The position numbers were made by a program, and so were the translations under genes. Under the pieces are notes generated by a model. The model had not been told where the DNA came from, searched no databases, and was given only the letters and a program-made list of their open reading frames with translations. A stretch of DNA of 39,042 bases, from the sequence record PQ850599.1; one strand, 5' to 3'. How positions within the stretch are numbered: the stretch's first letter is position 1; every line of letters begins with the position of its first letter. This document shows positions 21,476 to 29,426 of the stretch, one piece after another. Source of the DNA: Escherichia phage CurroJimenez_Bas106.

Positions 21476-22053
21476 TGGTTGCCTCCTTTACGAAGCTGTT
21501 CTGCGATATCTTCGAGAACGCCATCAGAGAATGAGCGATCAAAATCGCCTTCCGGCGCATTAGCCATAAACTCAGTAGAGGTAAGAATCATCCTGGCAAT
21601 ATCCGCGGCGTTCTTCGCAGTATCATCAATAAAACCAGCATCCCAGGCAGCCAGCATTCTGTTCGCCACAAAGTAAGCGCCTTCCTTGCGTGCTTCAGTC
21701 TTCACTTCATCCCAAAAAGCGTCGGTGACTTGGGTTTGCGGCATCCTTCCGTCTATTGCGCAGATATACGCATCAGATAGTTCACCCTGCTCGCCGTCAA
21801 ACACGTAGCAACTCTGTACGATAAATTTATTCAGCCACGCATTCTCCACAGCCAGCGCCGCGCACTTGGCCTCAAGGTTATCAATCGTGATTCCAGCAGA
21901 ACGACACTCCCGCAACGCCGTTTCTAGTTTTGATTCAAGTTCACCGAACTTACGGACAAGATATTCAGCGTTTGTTTCGTTAACCTTTAAATCTCGGGGG
22001 ATGCATTTACCTTTCAGAAAACCATCCATCTCAATTAGTGACATTTGTTTCAT
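21472..22053 (-). CDS. Ea22-like coiled-coil protein (193 aa)
   Basis: Coiled-coil segment [36 protein letters not shown]; third member of the tandem family. Confidence 0.55.
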   Translation of the reverse strand: MKQMSLIEMDGFLKGKCIPRDLKVNETNAEYLVRKFGELESKLETALRECRSAGITIDNLEAKCAALAVENAWLNKFIVQSCYVFDGEQGELSDAYICAIDGRMPQTQVTDAFWDEVKTEARKEGAYFVANRMLAAWDAGFIDDTAKNAADIARMILTSTEFMANAPEGDFDRSFSDGVLEDIAEQLRKGGNQ

Positions 22054-22214
22054 TTTTTCCCACTCCGCAACATCGCATTCAGATATTTGTTTTGATTTAC
22101 TGACGGAAAAGAATTTCTCTTAAGCAATTCCTCTCTCGATGGCATTGGCTTTACGCGTTGGCGAATAATCATTTCTGCTGGAAGAATGCCGGGATTGTAT
22201 GCAAGTCCTCTCAT
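22050..22214 (-). CDS. hypothetical protein (54 aa)
   Basis: ATG at 22214 with GAGGA 8 nt upstream and 10 nt after the upstream stop; the longer ORF-track version (to 22367) would overlap the preceding gene by about 140 nt. Confidence 0.4.
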   Translation of the reverse strand: MRGLAYNPGILPAEMIIRQRVKPMPSREELLKRNSFPSVNQNKYLNAMLRSGKK

Positions 22215-22224
22215 GGTAAATTCC

Positions 22225-22521
22225 TCAGTCATTACTGATAGCGCCATAGCGTGAGCGGTAATTACGCAGGCGCGGGTCGATATATTCAGGGAGGTTGGTA
22301 TATGTGGCTTTGCGGAATGGTCGGATTGATGTCTGGTAAATTCGCTCTCGTTCTTCTTTCTCTGCAAGCCATATACAATGGCGAAATTCCTTTTCCTCTT
22401 TCGTTTCCTGCGGTAGCGACATTATCAGGTCGTAGTTTTTTCTGAATTTATCCAGCACCTCCGATACGGAATTGCCGGAACAGCGGCGCGCGTCGTCCGC
22501 ACCATACAGAGGCGCTGGCAT
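22225..22521 (-). CDS. hypothetical protein (98 aa)
   Basis: ATG with GGAGA SD; charged protein; no family recognised. Confidence 0.5.
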   Translation of the reverse strand: MPAPLYGADDARRCSGNSVSEVLDKFRKNYDLIMSLPQETKEEKEFRHCIWLAEKEERERIYQTSIRPFRKATYTNLPEYIDPRLRNYRSRYGAISND

Positions 22522-22537
22522 GGTTTTCTCCTGTTGA

Positions 22538-23086
22538 TTATTTAGCTAACTTTTTCCAGATCGCTGAAACGTATTTGGCTTGGTGAATGGCATCATCAAG
22601 CGCGTTGTGGCGAGTTCCTTTGAATGGCATATCTCGCTTAGGGTCGAATCCTATTACCTTCCCAAGTTCGACGATTGTTCTTACGTCGCGGTCATTCCAC
22701 CACTGCCACGGAACTGGCTGCCCTGTCAGCGAATAACTGTTTCGGAGAATAACGCAGTCAAATGATGCTCCATTCCCCCAAACCTGAACGAATTTGTGGT
22801 TAGCGTTCTTTATGATGAATTCAGATAACCATGAAAGAGCCGTTGAAAGCTCCTGAGTGTTGCTGGTTAGCGATTTTCTGGCTTCTTCACTCTGTTCCAG
22901 CCACCATAAAATCGTTGAAGCGTCAGGACGCGCCCGATATCGCATTGATGACTCAAGCGAGATATTTACCGAGAACTCTTCTCCTGTTTCTCCGGTATTC
23001 GGGTCAAAGAATACCGCCCCAATAGAAATAACTGGCGCGTATGGCCCGTTGCCCATTGTTTCAAGGTCAACCATCAAGTGATTCAT
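22538..23086 (-). CDS. 3'-5' exonuclease, DEDDh (DnaQ/RNase T-like) family
   Basis: Motifs MVDLETMG (Exo I), GNGASFD (Exo II) and H..ALDDA (Exo III); AAGGA SD 6 nt upstream. Confidence 0.75.
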   Translation of the reverse strand: MNHLMVDLETMGNGPYAPVISIGAVFFDPNTGETGEEFSVNISLESSMRYRARPDASTILWWLEQSEEARKSLTSNTQELSTALSWLSEFIIKNANHKFVQVWGNGASFDCVILRNSYSLTGQPVPWQWWNDRDVRTIVELGKVIGFDPKRDMPFKGTRHNALDDAIHQAKYVSAIWKKLAK

Positions 23087-23094
23087 GTAAGTCC

Positions 23095-23574
23095 TTAAAT
23101 TGCGTGAATAGCGTGACGAGGGAAGGGGAGAGTTACTGGTTCCTCGTCTGGGTAGATAGGTTTGTTATGTTTGTGCCACTCGACATGACATGACTTGCAG
23201 AGCCACATCACATCGGTTGGTTTGCTGTAGTCGCAGTGGTGCGCCTGTGGTTTACATTCTGATCCGCAGCACTCACATTGTGGTGGTCGGATTAGCTTAC
23301 CGTCGCGCAAAAAATTACCCACAATGATGTGGGCTTTTCTTTTCCATGGGTTGCTCTGAATGAACCGATTTTTGGCTGCGTTACACCGTTCTCTTCCGCG
23401 TTCCGATGATTGATATTCTCTCCTTGCTGATACTCGATGTGGCAATCCAGCGCGTTCTTTGTCGTATTCAGCCAGGCAAGCCCGGCAAGCGGCAGTTAAT
23501 CCATCTCTGGATGCTCTTCTGATTTGAAAGTCCCTTTCTTCCTTCTGTTGATGGCATCTTGAGCAGATTTTCAT
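23095..23574 (-). CDS. HNH endonuclease
   Basis: Cys-rich with C..C...HH...C..CH (CGSECKPQAHHCDYSKPTDVMWLCKSCHVEWH) HNH/zinc motif. Confidence 0.65.
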   Translation of the reverse strand: MKICSRCHQQKEERDFQIRRASRDGLTAACRACLAEYDKERAGLPHRVSARREYQSSERGRERCNAAKNRFIQSNPWKRKAHIIVGNFLRDGKLIRPPQCECCGSECKPQAHHCDYSKPTDVMWLCKSCHVEWHKHNKPIYPDEEPVTLPFPRHAIHAI

Positions 23575-23583
23575 ATTCAGCTC

Positions 23584-24057
23584 CTAGAACGGAATATCCG
23601 AATCGTCGAAGTTCATAGGTGGTTCGCTGTGATCCCCCTGCTGCTGAGGTTGCTGTCTTTGTTGCTGACCGCTATTTCGCTGAGGAGAAGACTGTTCATT
23701 GCCTCCTTGCTTGCCACCAAGCATTTGCATGGTTCCACCAACGCCCACGATGACTTCGGTAGTGAACCGATCCTGTCCGCTTTGATCCTGCCATTTTCTT
23801 GTCCGCAATTTGCCTTCAAGATAAACCTCAGAGCCTTTTCGCAGATATTCGCTGGCAATTTCTGCCAGTTTCCCGCTCATTACCACGCGGTGCCACTCCG
23901 TCTGCTCCTTTTGCTCTCCAGTTTGCTTATCACGCCATTGTTCTGACGTAGCAACTGTAAGGTTTGCAAATGCCGTTCCTGATGGTGAATATCTGATTTC
24001 TGGATCATGCCCAAGGCGACCAATAATGATCACCTTATTTACGCCTCTGCTTGCCAT
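23584..24057 (-). CDS. ssb: single-stranded DNA-binding protein
   Basis: OB-fold N-terminus ([18 protein letters not shown]), Gln/Gly-rich linker and acidic tail ending DDSDIPF. Confidence 0.9.
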   Translation of the reverse strand: MASRGVNKVIIIGRLGHDPEIRYSPSGTAFANLTVATSEQWRDKQTGEQKEQTEWHRVVMSGKLAEIASEYLRKGSEVYLEGKLRTRKWQDQSGQDRFTTEVIVGVGGTMQMLGGKQGGNEQSSPQRNSGQQQRQQPQQQGDHSEPPMNFDDSDIPF

Positions 24058-24765
24058 TTATGCCGCCTGTTTTAGCTCGTTAACCCTGATGTTCATTACC
24101 TGAACGCATTTAGCCTGCGCATCCTCATTGCCAGCCATTAATTGCCAGTCACGCTGATAACGCTCGATGAGTTTTTTCTTGTCAGTTTCTTTCGATGCAT
24201 AATCGCTGAAGTCTTTCAGGATTTGTTCGCAGTCAACCGATGGAGATTTCTGGTTGGTATTTTCTGGTGATGGTTTGTTATCTGATGCTGGGATTGCCCA
24301 TCCTGGCAGCGATGGAGGGAGCCAGTAAAATCCTGTTCCATCCTTCAGTTTTGCCCTGTGCCACCCCTGATTTTTATCGAGAGATGTTTGTGCGAAACCT
24401 TCCTCAAGGTTATACAGATACCGACCGATTCCCCACTGAACGGCAGCGCGCTTCATTGCACCGGAACGACCACCTTTGACGGCTTCTACCTGCGTGTTTT
24501 CAGCAGCATCCCATTTGGTTACCCATTCGGAATCAATCTTGATTGATATGCCGCATTCAACTCCGCCGTTGTTGGGAATATCGCGGTATTCATTGCGCCA
24601 TCCTGCTTTGCCGCAAACATCGTCCAGGCGTTTCATGATTGCCCGGTTCGTGACATAAGCCAGCACCATAGCCCACACCTTGCCATCGCGTGTTTTACCG
24701 CTTTGCTGTATTCGCCATTCGATATCTTCAGGGCTGAATGGCTCATCGAATTTATTCAAATCCAT
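24058..24765 (-). CDS. single-strand annealing protein: Rad52/Sak-like core with Erf-like C-terminal tail
   Basis: N-terminal region carries KRAAVQWGIGRYLY (Rad52-family signature); last ~55 aa (EQILKDFSDYASKETDKKKLIERYQRDWQL...KCVQVMNIRVNELKQAA) match my recollection of the P22 Erf C-terminus. Confidence 0.7.
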   Translation of the reverse strand: MDLNKFDEPFSPEDIEWRIQQSGKTRDGKVWAMVLAYVTNRAIMKRLDDVCGKAGWRNEYRDIPNNGGVECGISIKIDSEWVTKWDAAENTQVEAVKGGRSGAMKRAAVQWGIGRYLYNLEEGFAQTSLDKNQGWHRAKLKDGTGFYWLPPSLPGWAIPASDNKPSPENTNQKSPSVDCEQILKDFSDYASKETDKKKLIERYQRDWQLMAGNEDAQAKCVQVMNIRVNELKQAA

Positions 24766-24773
24766 AATTCACC

Positions 24774-24962
24774 TCAGAATGGTAATTCGGATGGGGAGGA
24801 AAGAAATTCGCGCTCATTCATGCGCTCTCTTTGTGCTTGCCATAAACAAAGTTGTTTCTTTGATTTATCTCCCGCTTTACGCCAGTAACGAGCCTCAGCA
24901 ATGTGATATTCTCTTTTTAATCGACTTAACTCTGGAGTTTTCGCCAGCTCTACCGGAATCAT
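24774..24962 (-). CDS. hypothetical protein (62 aa), in the position of P22 arf
   Basis: Between kil and the annealing-protein gene; 4-nt overlap with kil stop; assignment by position only. Confidence 0.4.
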   Translation of the reverse strand: MIPVELAKTPELSRLKREYHIAEARYWRKAGDKSKKQLCLWQAQRERMNEREFLSSPSELPF

Positions 24963-25072
24963 TTAGACCTCCATTTTCTGTAGGCTTCGACGGCCTCACG
25001 AAACATCTTTTCATCGCCAATAAAAGTGGCGATAGTGAATTTAGTCTGAATAGCCATAAGTGTTTTATCCAT
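24959..25072 (-). CDS. kil: Kil (host cell-division inhibitor), lambda-like
   Basis: MDKTLMAIQTKFTIATFIGDEKMFREAVEAYRKW matches the lambda Kil N-terminus; ATG overlaps cIII stop (ATGGATAA) as in lambda; the ORF-track 5' extension was not used. Confidence 0.7.
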   Translation of the reverse strand: MDKTLMAIQTKFTIATFIGDEKMFREAVEAYRKWRSK

Positions 25073-25211
25073 TTTTTGGAACTCCTGGCTGATTAAGTAC
25101 GTCGATGAGTCGTTTCCATCCGTCACGTAATTTACGGGTGATTCGTTCAAGTAAAGATTCATTTAATTGGAAGGCACCCATGCGAGCGCCTCCCGCGATT
25201 GCGTAAATCAT
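25065..25211 (-). CDS. cIII: CIII (protease inhibitor stabilising CII), lambda-like
   Basis: Manually translated 48 aa MIYAIAGGARMGAFQLNESLLERITRKLRDGWKRLIDVLNQPGVPKNG; AAGGA SD 8 nt upstream; below ORF-track threshold. Confidence 0.8.
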   Translation of the reverse strand: MIYAIAGGARMGAFQLNESLLERITRKLRDGWKRLIDVLNQPGVPKNG

Positions 25212-25235
25212 GGGTGGTTCCTTATGTTGGTTTTA

Positions 25236-26204
25236 TTAGTAGGTTATTTTTGTTGCGAATACTTTGCCTTTTACGATGGCTGTTATGATATTTTTAGCAA
25301 CATCTTCTGATGCGCCAACCTTGATAAGGTCAGCAAGTATTTTGTTATTTACTTCTTTCCGGTGAGCTTTATCCTTTGCTCTACACTCTTCTTCTTCCTT
25401 GATTCTTTTTTCTTCTGCTATTCTGGCTTGCTCTTTTGCTTCAGCCTCGCGCCGGATTCGTTCAGCCTCCTCCTGTGCTTTTCGGCGTTCTGCTTCAATT
25501 GCCGCCTGCTTTTCTCTTTCAGCTCGTTCTGCTGCCTCTTTTGCTTCGCGCTGTGCTCGTTGCTCGGCTTCAATGCGTTCACGCTCTGCACGTTCCGCTG
25601 CGGCCTTAGCTTCTGCTTCTCGCCTTGCTGCTGCTTCAATTTCGGCTTTTGCCTTTGCTTCGGCTTCTGCTCTGGCTTTCTCTTCAGCTTCTCTTTTTAA
25701 GCGTTCTTCATGCTCTCGCTTTTCCTGCTCCGCTTTGAGTCTTGCCTCTTCTCTTTGGCGGTCAAATTCGCGATCCATCAAAATAGCTATTTCATGGTCA
25801 GACTCAATTTGCTTTGCGAGAGCTTCAGCTGCTGCCTTAGCTTCTTCTTCGGCTTTAATCCGCGCCTGTTCCTCCTCATAATCAGTAAGAGGCTGGCGAG
25901 CCTTGGCTTTCAGTTCATCAAGGCGATCGCGCACTGTCTTGCGGTTGGCATCAATTAGCTTTGGAATTTCCTTCAGTTCAGCAACAAGGTCTTTGCCAAG
26001 ACCATCGAGATATGTTTTCGTCTGCGCAACTTTATACGCCAGAGAAGCGATCTCCTTTCTGCCCTTTGCCGTTGTGATATCAGGCACAAAGGACATAACT
26101 TCACGTTCAACCTTTTGAAGGATTTCTTCAATCTGGTCTGCAGACTGAAATACAGTCATTGCATTTGCTTTTTCAATAAAAACTAAGTCTGTTACTTCAC
26201 TCAT
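25236..26204 (-). CDS. hypothetical coiled-coil protein with Glu/Ala/Arg/Lys-rich low-complexity core
   Basis: Start at ATG 26204 (MSEVTDLVFIEK...) with GGAGG 5 nt upstream; ORF-track start at 26258 is a TTG running into the upstream terminator hairpin. Confidence 0.65.
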   Translation of the reverse strand: MSEVTDLVFIEKANAMTVFQSADQIEEILQKVEREVMSFVPDITTAKGRKEIASLAYKVAQTKTYLDGLGKDLVAELKEIPKLIDANRKTVRDRLDELKAKARQPLTDYEEEQARIKAEEEAKAAAEALAKQIESDHEIAILMDREFDRQREEARLKAEQEKREHEERLKREAEEKARAEAEAKAKAEIEAAARREAEAKAAAERAERERIEAEQRAQREAKEAAERAEREKQAAIEAERRKAQEEAERIRREAEAKEQARIAEEKRIKEEEECRAKDKAHRKEVNNKILADLIKVGASEDVAKNIITAIVKGKVFATKITY

Positions 26205-26216
26205 ATATCCTCCATC

Positions 26217-26243
26217 AAAAAAATCGCCCTCACATCGGAGGGC
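26217..26243 (-). terminator. rho-independent terminator (minus strand) upstream of the coiled-coil gene
   Basis: Minus strand CCCTCC-GATGTG-AGGG(C) hairpin followed by GATTTTTTTG. Confidence 0.6.
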
Positions 26244-26338
26244 AAAGAAGATTTCCAATAATCAGAACAAGTCGGCTCCTGTTTAGTTACGAGCGACATT
26301 GCTCCGTGTATTCACTCGTTGGAATGAATACACAGTGC

Positions 26339-26551
26339 TTATTCGCGAGCTTTGAGCATGGCATCAGCAATAAAGTAGGCATCATCTGCTAATTCTTTGT
26401 ACTGTGGTGAATTCTGTCCACCGCCAAAGGAATGTCCGTCCCATCTGCGCACTATTGCTGCCATAGCCTTAGCAGCGAAGTAATCACGTAATGTCGCATC
26501 ACTTGCCATTTCTGGGCGTTTGATATCTGCTTCATAAAACTCGCACATCAT
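26339..26551 (-). CDS. hypothetical protein (70 aa)
   Basis: ATGA overlap with upstream gene stop; no family recognised. Confidence 0.5.
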   Translation of the reverse strand: MMCEFYEADIKRPEMASDATLRDYFAAKAMAAIVRRWDGHSFGGGQNSPQYKELADDAYFIADAMLKARE

Positions 26552-26826
26552 TCACCTCCCAGAGCCTTGCTGATTGCTGCCTTGGCTCGTTTGTATTCGG
26601 TTAACTCTCTGCACCCTTCGTCATGCTCGTAAAGGAAGACAAGCTCTTGCAGTGCTTCAAGCAAATCAGGAGCTGCTGCTATCAGTAGCGCATCCTCCCT
26701 TTCATTTCTTGTTGCTGCTTCAATGTATGTGTCACCAATCGTCACACCATGGAACGTAGTCATCATCTCGTTGACGTTTCTAACCGTGTACTTCCATTTA
26801 CCAGGCGTACCCTTAAACTCTTTCAT
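26548..26826 (-). CDS. hypothetical protein (92 aa)
   Basis: ATG at 26826 with GAGGTGG SD; contains LLIAAAPDLLEALQ; follows a terminator. Confidence 0.5.
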   Translation of the reverse strand: MKEFKGTPGKWKYTVRNVNEMMTTFHGVTIGDTYIEAATRNEREDALLIAAAPDLLEALQELVFLYEHDEGCRELTEYKRAKAAISKALGGE

Positions 26827-26846
26827 ATCCACCTCTGTTGTTTATG

Positions 26847-26874
26847 CCAAAAATAAAGGCCGACTATGCGGCCT
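26847..26874 (-). terminator. rho-independent terminator (minus strand) after the 156-aa gene
   Basis: Minus strand AGGCCG-CATAGT-CGGCCT hairpin followed by TTATTTTT. Confidence 0.7.
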
Positions 26875-27343
26875 AGTAGAATACCCAATTTTCTGTTTCT
26901 TGGTTGTGTCCAAAGTTATATTCAATATCTGGTGTTGATGTATCAATATTCTTCATCCCATCAACAAGAGTTGATACAACAGCCAAATCTTGTTTGATTC
27001 TCATCAAATGGTATTTCTTCCGGCGCAATAAACTTTCAATGGCAAGTTTCTTCGTCGGGAACGCAAAAGATCTTTCTGCATTTTTTGCTACTTTCTTAAT
27101 TGCATATCTATTTCTCCTTTGTTTCCATTCCTGTAACCACTGATTTGGTGCTGGTTTAAAATTAACAATCCAATGCGCAGGAACCAACCATGCATAATGC
27201 TCTGTCTGATGAAAAGCTATATATTGAAGTGCGAATATTTTGATTCCATCTTCTTCAACTGTCGCCTGGAATCTCCAGAAAACAGGCATTCCATCATGTT
27301 CAGTTTCTGATTCAGGAAAAGGTACGCTCCATGATTTTGTCAT
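26873..27343 (-). CDS. hypothetical protein (156 aa), no recognised family
   Basis: GGTGAG SD 8 nt upstream; Trp-rich, no obvious transmembrane segment; in the position where lambdoid phages carry sieB/exclusion genes; stop is followed by a terminator. Confidence 0.6.
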   Translation of the reverse strand: MTKSWSVPFPESETEHDGMPVFWRFQATVEEDGIKIFALQYIAFHQTEHYAWLVPAHWIVNFKPAPNQWLQEWKQRRNRYAIKKVAKNAERSFAFPTKKLAIESLLRRKKYHLMRIKQDLAVVSTLVDGMKNIDTSTPDIEYNFGHNQETENWVFY

Positions 27344-27351
27344 ATCTCACC

Positions 27352-27516
27352 TTAAATAAGTGGTTTGCTGCGGAAATAAATCCTATCCCACCAAGTCCCG
27401 TATTTATCTATCCAGTTACACCAATCGTCGACACTCCATTTTGTTGTGTCGCATTTTGGCAACTGGCATGAATATCTACCCTCTTTGTAAAGTCGGCGTT
27501 TGACTTTCTTGAGCAT
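27352..27516 (-). CDS. hypothetical Cys/Trp-rich small protein (54 aa)
   Basis: Manually translated MLKKVKRRLYKEGRYSCQLPKCDTTKWSVDDWCNWIDKYGTWWDRIYFRSKPLI; GGTGAG SD 8 nt upstream; starts 8 nt after N stop. Confidence 0.45.
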   Translation of the reverse strand: MLKKVKRRLYKEGRYSCQLPKCDTTKWSVDDWCNWIDKYGTWWDRIYFRSKPLI

Positions 27517-27524
27517 GGCTCACC

Positions 27525-27857
27525 TCAATCGTAATAAGCTGGAATTGATTTTCCGCGTTGCTTCTGGCGGCCTGAGCAGGTCAACCCCATTTCACTGCGT
27601 GGCTTGCTGTACCATGTGCGCTGATTCTTGCGCTCAATACGCTGCAGGTTGCTTTCAATCTGTTCGTGGTATTCAGCCAGCACCGTAAGGTCTATCGGAT
27701 TCAGTGCGCTTTCTACTCGTGATTTCGGTTTGCGATTCAGCGAGAGAATAGGGCGGTTAACTGGTTTTGCGCTTACCCCAACCAACAGGGGATTTGCTGC
27801 TTTCCATTGAACCTGTTTCTCTGCGCGACGTTCGCGGCGGCGTGTTTGTGCATCCAT
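27525..27857 (-). CDS. N: antitermination protein N (lambda-type)
   Basis: 110 aa; MDAQTRRRERRAEKQVQWKAANPLLVGVSAKPVNRPILSLNRKPKSRVESALNPIDL is near-identical to lambda N as I recall it. Confidence 0.9.
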   Translation of the reverse strand: MDAQTRRRERRAEKQVQWKAANPLLVGVSAKPVNRPILSLNRKPKSRVESALNPIDLTVLAEYHEQIESNLQRIERKNQRTWYSKPRSEMGLTCSGRQKQRGKSIPAYYD

Positions 27858-28125
27858 CTGGATTCTCCTGTCAGTTAGCTTTGGTGGTGTGGTGGCTGGT
27901 AGTCTAGCTCCAGCTTGTTGAGTCTCATTCGGAGGGGTATAACCGGCACCCCAGCGATTTTTCCATGCGACAACGTGCGCGTTATGGCGGCCTTATCGCC
28001 CGCGGCTCCCCATCTCGTCCACGCTATTGCTAGCGTTGGGAGCGCTTCACCGCTCAACAGTAGGTAAGCACTTGCCAGTGACTAGCTGGCTTCACCACAC
28101 CCCAAAGCCTTCTGCTTTGAATGCT

Positions 28126-28156
28126 GCCCTTCTTCAGGGCTAAATTTTTAAGAGCC
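28126..28156 (-). promoter_or_regulatory. nutL (boxA + boxB) N-utilisation site
   Basis: Minus strand reads GGCTCTTAA (boxA-like) followed by GCCCTGAAGAAGGGC, identical to lambda nutL boxB; about 35 nt downstream of the pL start. Confidence 0.85.
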
Positions 28157-28195
28157 TCACCTTCATGGTGGTCAGTGCGTCCTGTTGATGGCTAG

Positions 28196-28259
28196 ATAAT
28201 CACAAATTGTGTTCGTGCTGTCAACACGAAATGTGATTGTTTTTATCACAACACGTGTT
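28196..28259 (-). promoter_or_regulatory. oL/pL region: three operator repeats and leftward promoter pL
   Basis: Repeats ATCACAAATTGTGTT (28199-28213), AACACGAAATGTGATT (28223-28238), ATCACAACACGTGTT (28245-28259); on the minus strand -35 TTGACA (28224-28219), 17-bp spacer, -10 GATTAT (28201-28196). Confidence 0.65.
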
Positions 28260-28301
28260 TTCATTGATTTTTAAGGTAATTTAATTTTCTTTGGGCAACA
28301 A

Positions 28302-28330
28302 AAAACCCGCCGAAGCGGGTTTGATGTTTT
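28302..28330. terminator. terminator downstream of cI (possibly bidirectional)
   Basis: CCCGC-CGAA-GCGGG hairpin with T/A runs on both sides (AAAAACCCGCCGAAGCGGGTTTGATGTTTTT). Confidence 0.7.
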
Positions 28331-28345
28331 TAAGTGGCGGGTATA

Positions 28346-28987
28346 TCAGGAGAATTTCATCATCATCTGCACTGCTACGCCGATTATCTTGCAGTTGCCG
28401 TCGATTGGGATCAACGGATAGGCAGGGTTAAGCCCTTTCAGGTATTTGTTACCGCCATCAATGATTAGCTTCTTGAACGTGGCTTCATTAGCATCTGTCA
28501 GCTTCGCAACTACCAGGCTTCCATTAACGGCTTCCTTTCCAGTGTCGAACAGAACCAGCATACCCTCAGGAACGCTAAGGCCGGTAGGAGCTGTCATTGA
28601 GTCGCCCTGAACCCTGAGCCAGAAGGCGTCACCGACAACGTGACAATCTGATTCATACCACTCATCCACTGCCTGAGGGTTGTACGGCTCTACGGCCTCA
28701 CTCCATGCACCTGCGCTAACCCAGCTAATCAACGGAAACTTTTCCCCTGGCTTGTATTGTCCCTGATAGTTGTCGCCAAAAAGCAGTTCTGCCGGAGCGA
28801 CGCCCAAAGCTTTAGCTATTACCTCTGCGTCATCAACACTAACGCTTCTGGTTCCTGATTCATAGTTGCCGATCCGAGATTGTGAAGCCCAGCCGCAAAG
28901 CTCCGCCAGAGCCTTCTGTGAAAGCCCTTTATCTTCCCGTAATCGCTTGATACGCGCGGCGATAGTTTCTGTTCTGTTCATGCGCAT
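28346..28987 (-). CDS. cI: CI-type prophage repressor (HTH N-domain, LexA/S24-like autocleavage C-domain)
   Basis: 213 aa; HTH in N-terminus; C-domain has LISWVSAGAWSEAVEPY and QGDSMTAP...ATFKKL (Ser/Lys dyad region) like P22 C2. Confidence 0.85.
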   Translation of the reverse strand: MRMNRTETIAARIKRLREDKGLSQKALAELCGWASQSRIGNYESGTRSVSVDDAEVIAKALGVAPAELLFGDNYQGQYKPGEKFPLISWVSAGAWSEAVEPYNPQAVDEWYESDCHVVGDAFWLRVQGDSMTAPTGLSVPEGMLVLFDTGKEAVNGSLVVAKLTDANEATFKKLIIDGGNKYLKGLNPAYPLIPIDGNCKIIGVAVQMMMKFS

Positions 28988-28991
28988 TTTA

Positions 28992-29059
28992 TATCACATT
29001 CCGTGGTTTAAGGCTTTACACGATTTGTGTTGACTATCAATCACAATATGTGTTTAATA
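28992..29059 (+). promoter_or_regulatory. oR/pR region: three imperfect palindromic operator repeats and rightward promoter pR
   Basis: Repeats TATCACATTCCGTGGTT (28992-29008), TTACACGATTTGTGTTG (29016-29032), ATCACAATATGTGTT (29040-29054); pR -35 TTGACT 29030-29035 and a -10-like AT-rich hexamer about 17-18 bp downstream; cro ATG at 29092. Confidence 0.7.
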
Positions 29060-29091
29060 AAGACTGAGTGAACTAGCTCTTAAGGAAACCT

Positions 29092-29307
29092 ATGAACAAC
29101 ATTGCCAACGAACGGAAAAAGCTTGGCATCACTCAATCTGCGTTAGCAGGCGCGTGTGGCTGGAACCAGTCCCGCTTAGCTAACTACGAGTCAGGTATCC
29201 GGACTCCAGATTTAGAGTCGTGCCGTCGCCTGGTAAAGGCGCTGAATAAATTGGGGAGCAAGACAACGCTAGATGGCTTGTTCCCGCCGGAACACAAAGC
29301 CGCTTAA
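29092..29307 (+). CDS. cro: Cro-like HTH repressor
   Basis: 71 aa HTH protein; AAGGA SD 6 nt upstream; divergent from cI across the operator region. Confidence 0.8.
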   Translation: MNNIANERKKLGITQSALAGACGWNQSRLANYESGIRTPDLESCRRLVKALNKLGSKTTLDGLFPPEHKAA

Positions 29308-29315
29308 GACATTCC

Positions 29316-29347
29316 CGCTCTTACACATCCCAGCCCTGAAAAAGGGC
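29316..29347 (+). promoter_or_regulatory. nutR (boxA CGCTCTTACACA + boxB GCCCTGAAAAAGGGC)
   Basis: Exact lambda nutR boxA and boxB between cro and cII; downstream leader matches the lambda tR1/cII leader. Confidence 0.9.
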
Positions 29348-29426
29348 ATCAAATTAAACCACACCTATGGTGTATGCATTTATTTGCATACATTCAATCA
29401 ATTGTTATCTAAGGAAATACTTACAT

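Noticed and set aside
25073-25162. N-terminal extension of the kil ORF (ORF track 24959-25162)
   Set aside because: Would overlap most of cIII in another frame; the lambda-like Kil sequence starts at the internal Met at 25072.
25362-25958. Plus-strand ORFs with extreme Ser/Ala/Phe/Cys composition
   Set aside because: Antisense reading of the low-complexity coiled-coil gene; composition is an artefact of the repetitive coding strand.
27875-28057. ORF-track 60-aa minus-strand ORF in the pL leader
   Set aside because: Lies in the untranslated leader between nutL and N; no RBS; lambda has no gene here.
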